NCBI GenBank assembly: GCA_045863295.1
Contig: BTWA01000015.1
Location: 61,408 to 125,407, forward strand
Reading direction: 5' to 3'
DNA: 64,000 nucleotides
DNA from: Candidatus Hydrogenedentota bacterium
GTDB taxonomy: Bacteria > Hydrogenedentota > Hydrogenedentia > Hydrogenedentales > SLHB01
Made by a program: the position numbers and the translations under genes. Every line of letters starts with the position of its first letter. Position 1 is the stretch's first letter. Below the pieces are notes generated by a model. That model had not been told where the DNA came from. It saw only the letters and a program-made list of their open reading frames with translations, and did no database searches. Positions 9,634 through 15,829 of this stretch are shown here, piece by piece.

Positions 9634-11109
9634 ATGATCAGTGATGTGACACGGCGCAATTTCATGAAAGCGGCGGGCACGACGGCGGGTCTGGCTGTTG
9701 CGGCGGGTTGGAATCCGCTTTCGTATGCACAGAACGACAAGGTTCGCGTTGCCCTTATAGGCACGGGTAGCCAAGGCCGGGTGCATATTGAAGACGGTCT
9801 CTGCAAAACACCGGGCATCGAGATTGCTGCCATTGTCGACTGCATGAAATTGAATCTCGCATGGGGTTTGACAACCGTTCAAAAGACGGAAGGGATTCAA
9901 TACGCGCCAGATATTGAAAAGCACTTGTATTACGATTACAAGGCGATGCTTTCCACGGAGAAAGACGCTATCGACGCGGTCATCATTTGCACGCCGTATA
10001 CAACCCATTATCAAATTGTGATGGATTGCCTGGATGCGGGCAAGTATGTGTTCTGCGAGAAGACCATGGCGCATACGATCGATGCCTGCCGGAATATTGT
10101 GACCAAGTGCCATGAGACGGGCAAGTTCGTGCAATGCGGACACCAGCGCCGGTACAACTACGAGTACAATTATGCGCTGGACCAGATAATGAAAGGCCGA
10201 CTGGGCCGGGTCACGTTCATCGAAGGGCAATGGCACCGCAATGGTGACTGGCGCCGTCCACTGCCGGAGAATTATACGCTCAACGATCAGGAAAAGAAGT
10301 TTATCCCAGATCTCGAGAAGCACGTCAACTGGCGCATATACAAGGATCGTTCCGCCGGTTTGATGAGCGAGTTGGCAACGCATCACCTGGAAGAAATCAA
10401 CTACTTCATGGGCTCGATGCCGGAGCGGGTGCTTGCGACGGGTAGCATCGACTACTGGCGCGATGGGCGCGACACGTACGACAACGTGGCGTTGACCTAT
10501 GAATACAATATGGGCGCGCGCAACATCCCGCGTTTCCAGACCATCAGCGGCAGCGGCCGAAATCTGAATATGGACATGATGAAGGTGAACCGGCCGTATA
10601 AAGTGAAGGCCACGTGGTCGGGCACGCTGATGAGCGCATACAAGGGCGAGGGAATTCTGTTTGTTGGCGACAAGGGTGTGTTCGAAATGCATGAACGCCG
10701 CGGCCCCGGCACGCGAGGTTGCATCTTTCACTCCGAACCCGAAAAGATTTGGTTCGATCCGGCTACTGGTCAACAAACCACAGACGAAGCCATCATCCGT
10801 CAGATTGTGGCGAACGGCTGGTCGCAGAAATACTCGAAGACCGTGGAACATCCGCCGGCGCCGTTCGACAATGAGATCGATCAGGAGCTATTGATGCGGT
10901 CGTATGACGCGGCGCAGTTCCAAGCATTTGCCAAGCACATCAAGGAGGGCGGTAAGCCTCGGACAAATGAAATGTGCGGCCTGTGCGCGGCAGTCTGCGA
11001 CATCGCCGGTATTGAGGCAATGGAAAAAGGCGGTGTGGTGGAGATCGATCCGGCGTGGTACACGTTTGATTTCGAGACTCCGGACCCGTTTGTTTTCGAA
11101 CTGGCTTAA
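9634..11109 (+). CDS. Tat-exported Gfo/Idh/MocA family oxidoreductase
   Basis: TRRNFMK Tat motif, IGTGSQG Rossmann motif, FCEKTM, QCGHQRR, NWRIY, ELATHH. Confidence 0.9.
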   Translation: MISDVTRRNFMKAAGTTAGLAVAAGWNPLSYAQNDKVRVALIGTGSQGRVHIEDGLCKTPGIEIAAIVDCMKLNLAWGLTTVQKTEGIQYAPDIEKHLYYDYKAMLSTEKDAIDAVIICTPYTTHYQIVMDCLDAGKYVFCEKTMAHTIDACRNIVTKCHETGKFVQCGHQRRYNYEYNYALDQIMKGRLGRVTFIEGQWHRNGDWRRPLPENYTLNDQEKKFIPDLEKHVNWRIYKDRSAGLMSELATHHLEEINYFMGSMPERVLATGSIDYWRDGRDTYDNVALTYEYNMGARNIPRFQTISGSGRNLNMDMMKVNRPYKVKATWSGTLMSAYKGEGILFVGDKGVFEMHERRGPGTRGCIFHSEPEKIWFDPATGQQTTDEAIIRQIVANGWSQKYSKTVEHPPAPFDNEIDQELLMRSYDAAQFQAFAKHIKEGGKPRTNEMCGLCAAVCDIAGIEAMEKGGVVEIDPAWYTFDFETPDPFVFELA

Positions 11110-11118
11110 TGCGATTAC

Positions 11119-11154
11119 AGGGCGGGCGCGGGTTGGCCCCGTGCCCGCCTCTTT
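11119..11154 (+). terminator. Putative intrinsic terminator / hairpin
   Basis: AGGGCGGGCGCGGG-ttgg-CCCCGTGCCCGCCTCTTT directly after the oxidoreductase stop. Confidence 0.5.
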
Positions 11155-11224
11155 GACAAGTCCCCTCCCCCATCGTTGTTCCGACAGGGATTGAAACACG
11201 CAAAACCAGTGGAGATGTTGTACC

Positions 11225-11914
11225 ATGAGATCGTTACGTATGCTAACGGGAATTATGATGGTGGGATGGGCGGTGTTATTGGCGGGTTTTAGGGACCCCA
11301 GTGAGGAAAACACAAAAGCGACCGTAAGCGACGCGGTAGCACCCGCGGCGACGGATAGTGCAACGGGTACCGATGCGGCACCCGCGCCAGCACCCACCGC
11401 GGAAGCAAAAAAATTCGCCTTCACGGAGAATTCCAGCGTCGTATTCACGGGTTACAAAGAAGTGCTGGGCGTGTATGGATCTCACTCGGGCGGATTCTCC
11501 GTGTTTGAAGGCACGTGCGATACTCCGGACGGCACGATTGAGAATTTGACAGTAACGGTAAAGATCGATGCCACGTCGTTGTATTCCGATGACGCCAATT
11601 TGACAGGGGTGCTTAAAGGGGAAGGCTTCTTCGAAATCGAAAAGCATCCGGGCGCCTCGTTTACCTCCACCAAGATTGAAAAAGGCGCAGATCCGGATCA
11701 ATACAATGTAACCGGTAATCTTGAAATCGTGGGCATCGCGAAGAGCATTAATTTCCCAGCGACTATTAAGATTGATGGCAACACCCTGACGACGCAAGCG
11801 GAGTTCACCGTGCCTCGGTCGACATGGAACCTCACGTGGAACGGCCCCATAGCTGACACCGTAATCAAAGAGGAAGTGCTGATTAAGTTTGACGTGGAAG
11901 CCACGGCCAACTAG
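11225..11914 (+). CDS. YceI family lipid/polyisoprenoid-binding periplasmic protein
   Basis: SSVVFTGYK, HSGGF, IDATSL, FFEIEKHPGASFTST, VTGNLEIVGIAKSINFPA; signal peptide and Ala/Pro linker. Confidence 0.88.
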   Translation: MRSLRMLTGIMMVGWAVLLAGFRDPSEENTKATVSDAVAPAATDSATGTDAAPAPAPTAEAKKFAFTENSSVVFTGYKEVLGVYGSHSGGFSVFEGTCDTPDGTIENLTVTVKIDATSLYSDDANLTGVLKGEGFFEIEKHPGASFTSTKIEKGADPDQYNVTGNLEIVGIAKSINFPATIKIDGNTLTTQAEFTVPRSTWNLTWNGPIADTVIKEEVLIKFDVEATAN

Positions 11915-11934
11915 GCTCGGACGGAATATCTCTC

Positions 11935-11977
11935 AACGCCGCTTGCCCGGAAATTCGCGCAAGCGGCGTTTTTTTTA
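11935..11977 (+). terminator. Rho-independent terminator
   Basis: AACGCCGCTTGC...GCAAGCGGCGTT followed by a T-tract. Confidence 0.85.
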
Positions 11978-12009
11978 GAGGCTCGCGGCATCCACCTCTG
12001 CGAGACGAA

Positions 12010-12039
12010 TTGACTGGTGCCGCAGTGATTTGATATGTT
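12010..12039 (+). promoter_or_regulatory. Putative tRNA promoter
   Basis: TTGACT-18 bp-TATGTT with extended -10 TG, just upstream of the tRNA. Confidence 0.5.
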
Positions 12040-12050
12040 ACATCTCTTCG

Positions 12051-12127
12051 GGGCGGTTAGCTCAGCTGGTTAGAGTACTTGCTTGACATGCAAGGGGTCG
12101 GAGGTTCGAGTCCTCTACCGCCCACCA
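12051..12127 (+). tRNA. tRNA-Val(GAC); probable prophage integration site
   Basis: Acceptor stem GGGCGGT/ACCGCCC plus ACCA, D-arm AGCTCAGCTGGTTAGAGT, anticodon arm CTTGC-TTGACAT-GCAAG, T-loop GTTCGAGTC. Confidence 0.97.
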
Positions 12128-12141
12128 AGCGTAAGTCATTC

Positions 12142-12188
12142 AAGACCGGTAGTTTCTGAAACACGGAACAGCCGGTCTTTACTTTTTG
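12142..12188 (+). terminator. Hairpin/terminator after the tRNA (attL side)
   Basis: AAGACCGG...CCGGTCTT inverted repeat followed by TACTTTTT. Confidence 0.5.
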
Positions 12189-12238
12189 GCGTCGTCCTAT
12201 CGTCGTACCAAAATTCGACCGGCAATGGAGAACCGGTC

Positions 12239-12586
12239 ATGAAACGCAATTTGTCCCTTGCAGTCTGCCTCGCGGCCCTCGCCACCCTCTCTGCTTGCCC
12301 CATCAAGAACGCCCCGGAGTTGACTTTGTCCTCGCCAGAGGCCGCTCAATTCCCTGTCCCGCCACATATTGACGCCATCATGGGTGAGCCCGTCTACGAC
12401 GTGATTCAGCACGAAATTCGGTATACCATTCTTGGCCAACCGTCCCGGGGCCTGTACATCCGAAACGCCCGCGGCGGTGAGTGGGTCCTGGTGACAGGAT
12501 TCATCCTGGACGACGGGTCGGAACACAACGCGCTCCAGTTCTTCACGGAGCTCAGCCAGGACCTTGAGGAAGGGACGATACCGTAA
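12239..12586 (+). CDS. Prophage lipoprotein of unknown function
   Basis: GGAG RBS, MKRNLSLAVCLAALATLSA-C lipobox. The ORF-track start at 12083 falls inside the tRNA and was rejected. Confidence 0.7.
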   Translation: MKRNLSLAVCLAALATLSACPIKNAPELTLSSPEAAQFPVPPHIDAIMGEPVYDVIQHEIRYTILGQPSRGLYIRNARGGEWVLVTGFILDDGSEHNALQFFTELSQDLEEGTIP

Positions 12587-12632
12587 AATCTACCGTTTGG
12601 CATACATTGCGGGACTGCGATAGCGGGAGGGT

Positions 12633-13832
12633 TTGGGTGTGGCCTCATTGGAGTGGAAAAAGGACGGGCGGTGCTACATAGTCGTCAAACACAAAGGAAA
12701 ACGCACGTACCACCCTATCCTGGATAAGAACGGAGAAAACCCGTCCAAGGCGCATGCACAGCAGCGACTAAAGGAGTTCATACACAAAGAGAACAGGGTC
12801 TTTATGGGCCTGGACCCAACCCAGAAGTCCATGAGACAAACCATAGCCCAGCTAATTCCGGACTACCTGACGTTCGCGAAGGCCACCTACGTCAAAAACG
12901 GGGTGCCAACGTCGCAGTACGCAAACATCCAGATCGCCATCGATGCACTCAAGGTCACCCACGGCAGACTGCGAATGGTCGAGTTTACGCCGGACCACCT
13001 GCGCGATCTGCAGATACGCAAATGGGCGCATTTATCCCGCCAAACCGTAGTCCACTACACGAACGCCGTGAAGGGGTTTATCAAATGGTGTACGGCTGAA
13101 CGCGGATTAAACCCCGACGTCTTGGCGCGTGTACGGGCGATGGCAACAACCCGCATTGGCCACGCCACCGACCCGATTCAGCCCGTGGACTGGGAACGCC
13201 AGGTGCTACCCATCAAGCCGTATCTATCCCAGGTGCTCTGGGACCTCATCGAAGTGCAGTACCTGACAAACGCTCGCCCTGGGGAGTGGCCACAGGCCCG
13301 GCCGATGGACATTGACACGAAAAAAGGTACAACGGTCAACGGCGTACATGTCTGGACGTTCATACCGCCGTCCCACAAGACACAGCATCGAGGAAAGCCA
13401 CGGGTTATCTTCGTAGGTCCCAAAGCCCAGGCGATTCTCCGGCCGTACCTGGTCCGCGCGAAAGACAAACCGCTGTTCAGTCCACTCGAAGCCATCAAGC
13501 AAAAGCCAGCGCCTAAAGGACACCGGCGCCGGCTGCGCCAGAAGCGGAACGTGTCAGCCACAGACCGTCGCATTGGCGATGCCTACACCACGTCGGCATA
13601 CTCCAAGGCCATCGCCCGCGCCGTGCGAGACTACAACGCCGACCACCAGGATGCCCCCGTCGACCACTGGCACCCAAACCAGTTGCGGCACACCCGCACT
13701 ACGGAAATCAGCGGGAAGCACTCCCAACAGGCCGCTGGCGCCGTCGCCGGCCACGCGCGATCCACGACCACGGACATCTACGACGAGGCTTGGGCGAAGC
13801 TGGCCGCCGAGGTGGCGGCGGAGGAAGGGTAA
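12633..13832 (+). CDS. int: Tyrosine recombinase / phage integrase
   Basis: Catalytic R (TNARPGE), K (HKT), HPNQLRH, AGH, TTDIY; N-terminal arm-binding-like and SAM-like regions. Confidence 0.92.
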   Translation: MGVASLEWKKDGRCYIVVKHKGKRTYHPILDKNGENPSKAHAQQRLKEFIHKENRVFMGLDPTQKSMRQTIAQLIPDYLTFAKATYVKNGVPTSQYANIQIAIDALKVTHGRLRMVEFTPDHLRDLQIRKWAHLSRQTVVHYTNAVKGFIKWCTAERGLNPDVLARVRAMATTRIGHATDPIQPVDWERQVLPIKPYLSQVLWDLIEVQYLTNARPGEWPQARPMDIDTKKGTTVNGVHVWTFIPPSHKTQHRGKPRVIFVGPKAQAILRPYLVRAKDKPLFSPLEAIKQKPAPKGHRRRLRQKRNVSATDRRIGDAYTTSAYSKAIARAVRDYNADHQDAPVDHWHPNQLRHTRTTEISGKHSQQAAGAVAGHARSTTTDIYDEAWAKLAAEVAAEEG

Positions 13833-13910
13833 AAGCGGGCCCCACCACCCCCATTTTTCGAGCCTTGGGGCTCCGAAGCCTTGGCGTCTGTAAGATTATA
13901 TAATTTCTGT

Positions 13911-14362
13911 ACTTACAAAAGCGCCTATGGTTTTTCAAAAGCGGACACAGCGCTGTTGGTCGCAAAATGCCGTCAAAGGCATGACGGTATACTGACGGTA
14001 TAATTTTTTGGCTTTAGTCAAGGAGAAACCCGTGCAGATTCTGCATGGGTTGTGGGTGCATTTTCTGCACCTGTACCCATGCGAATTCTGCTTGGGTCGC
14101 CAAGAATCGGCGTGTACAGGAATATCCCCTCAATATACCGTCAAAATTGTGACGGTATATTTCTCCTTGTCAAGCACGGCGCTTCTGTTAAAAAACCACA
14201 CCGGTAACCACATGAAATTAATTGACTTATGAAAAGCACATAGGCTTTTGAAAAAGCGATACAGCGCTTTTCGTCGCAATATGCCGTCAAAAGCGCGACG
14301 GTGTACTGGCGGTATAGTTTTGGCTTTGGTCAAGGAGAAACCCATGCAAGTTTGGCATGGGT
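13911..14362. repeat. Degenerate direct repeat of about 140 bp (13911-14050 and 14225-14362)
   Basis: Collinear blocks ACTTA..AAAAGC, ACAGCGCT, GTCGCAA.ATGCCGTCAAA, GACGGT.TACTG.CGGTATA, TTTTGGCTTT.GTCAAGGAGAAACCC.TGCA, GCATGGGT in both copies. Confidence 0.9.
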
Positions 14363-14534
14363 ACAGGTGCAGAATCTGCATGGGGTGTCACACCGCCCAG
14401 GGAGGTGGAAGCCCTTTGTAAATACACCGTCATGCCACGTAGAATTTGCTCAATCGTTGCGCAACAATTGCGACGTAAGTAATTGAAAAATAACCACATA
14501 ATATACCGTCACGCATTTGACGGGGTATTGACGG
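13967..14534. promoter_or_regulatory. Array of four CCGTCA-N6-(T/C)GACGG dyad sites
   Basis: 13967-13990, 14132-14161 (perfect 12-6-12 AATATACCGTCA/TGACGGTATATT), 14281-14304 and 14500-14523; each has a third, partly degenerate half-site 11 bp away. Confidence 0.8.
14063..14374. repeat. Perfect 20-bp inverted repeat (14063-14082 / 14355-14374)
   Basis: TTCTGCACCTGTACCCATGC and its reverse complement GCATGGGTACAGGTGCAGAA. Confidence 0.9.
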
Positions 14535-14813
14535 GGGAATTTCTTGCCTGTAAGCCGTTGAAACCACTTGACGTTGAATACAGTCCAATCAACTGGTAGT
14601 GGTTAATACTGCCACCCAAGATATTGCGTTCAGTTAACGTTAACCACTAAATCATTGAAATTAAATCACTTGCGCAACAAGTACACATAGTGTAATGTAC
14701 AATATAGATATGAGCGCAAGACTCGACCAAGCTGTTTATGGTCGAATTCGCTTTCAAAGGTGGTTTGTGTCTTAGTATTTGGGCCACCACTTTAGCTACG
14801 AGGATTGATTAAC

Positions 14814-15056
14814 ATGAGCAATTTCGTGTCAACTCCGAATGAACTGAGGTTCAAGAAGGAAGTGGAGCGCGCTTTGTGGGATGCATACGATGCCGGACAA
14901 GCATCGTTGATGTCGGATGTGCATTTCGATAAATCTGATTCTAAATCCGTAGCCACGCCATTTGAAGGAATTGGAAAATACTGGGTAGCTGTTGGAAATG
15001 TCATTAGAAAAGCGACGACCTCGTTCAAAGCGAGTCAGCAGTCGAGCGAAAAGTAA
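14814..15056 (+). CDS. Small hypothetical protein (moron gene 1)
   Basis: GAGGA RBS before ATG 14814, AT-rich, overlaps the following DUF2335 ORF. Confidence 0.55.
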   Translation: MSNFVSTPNELRFKKEVERALWDAYDAGQASLMSDVHFDKSDSKSVATPFEGIGKYWVAVGNVIRKATTSFKASQQSSEK

Positions 15057-15573
15057 ATCTACTCTCAAAACATCTTCTCTTAAGACTCAGGTCCCTGAAG
15101 TCGTAGAAGGTGAGGTGAGGCGTGTGCCTAACCTAGCCAGGCCATTTGGAATAATTACTGCAACTCAAACTGAGATTTCGGGCCCAATACCAGATCCGAA
15201 AGTGCTTGCTGAATACGGTAAAGTTGATAGTTCGTTTCCTGAACGAATAATGCAAATGGCTGAGCGTGAGCAACGATTCGACCACGATCAATATAGGTTC
15301 TTGGCTAGTGGATTGGTTCGCAGTATACATATTGGCCAAGGCATGATCGGATTCATATGCTTAACTGGTCTGATTTGCGGCACCTTGGTAATTATTTATG
15401 CAGATTCGGCGTTGGTCGGCACATTAATCAATGTATTGGCATTTATAGTGCCTGGAGTTTCTCAGTGGCTTCGGGAACGAAGCCGAAAGGAACCTGCGGC
15501 TGATAAGCGTTTAAAGCAAGATGCATCAAAGAATAATGAATCTCAACCTGATGTAGGAAAAGAAGGCAGCTAA
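14992..15573 (+). CDS. DUF2335-family membrane protein (moron gene 2)
   Basis: SGPIPDPKVLAEY...PERIMQMAEREQ followed by two TM helices. Confidence 0.8.
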   Translation: MEMSLEKRRPRSKRVSSRAKSKSTLKTSSLKTQVPEVVEGEVRRVPNLARPFGIITATQTEISGPIPDPKVLAEYGKVDSSFPERIMQMAEREQRFDHDQYRFLASGLVRSIHIGQGMIGFICLTGLICGTLVIIYADSALVGTLINVLAFIVPGVSQWLRERSRKEPAADKRLKQDASKNNESQPDVGKEGS

Positions 15574-15587
15574 TTGAGAACCGCCCT

Positions 15588-15829
15588 TCACGGCGCTGCC
15601 GCCTTCAGCTTAGGCGCCTTCCGCTTCTCCTGGTCCTCCCGGTCTTGTTCCATCCTGGGTGGCTTGTCCGCATTCCTCACCTGGTCGTTGAGTTGCTTAT
15701 CCTTGATAAACGGTGCGACTGACCCGCGTACCCCTTGAAGGACAACATAGTTGTTGTACGCTTCGGCCCGCGCCAGGATCTCCGCCCACTCGGCCGGATC
15801 CCCTTGCCCTGTCTGCCGGAGGCGGTTGC
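15588..15829 (-). pseudogene. Start-less orphan paralogue of the polyvalent protein C-terminus
   Basis: GDPAEWAEI...YN...APFI...RN...PPRME..R aligns without gaps to the last about 75 aa of the 3082-aa protein (16/66 identical by eye); no RBS or start seen. Confidence 0.7.

Noticed and set aside
3982..11910. Long antisense ORFs over host genes (4184..5242, 7671..8480, 8354..9505, 9526..10851)
   Set aside because: Shadows of well-supported genes on the opposite strand
12083..12238. N-terminal extension of the lipoprotein ORF given in the track
   Set aside because: It overlaps the tRNA and hairpin; the RBS and lipoprotein signal support ATG 12239
13860..14700. CRISPR array interpretation of the repeat block
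   Set aside because: Repeats are degenerate, in mixed orientation and irregularly spaced, with no constant repeat-spacer period; no cas genes in the window
13860..14700. Canonical chromosomal parS (TGTTTCACGTGAAACA) or dif site
   Set aside because: No match seen; any centromere role would need a non-canonical motif
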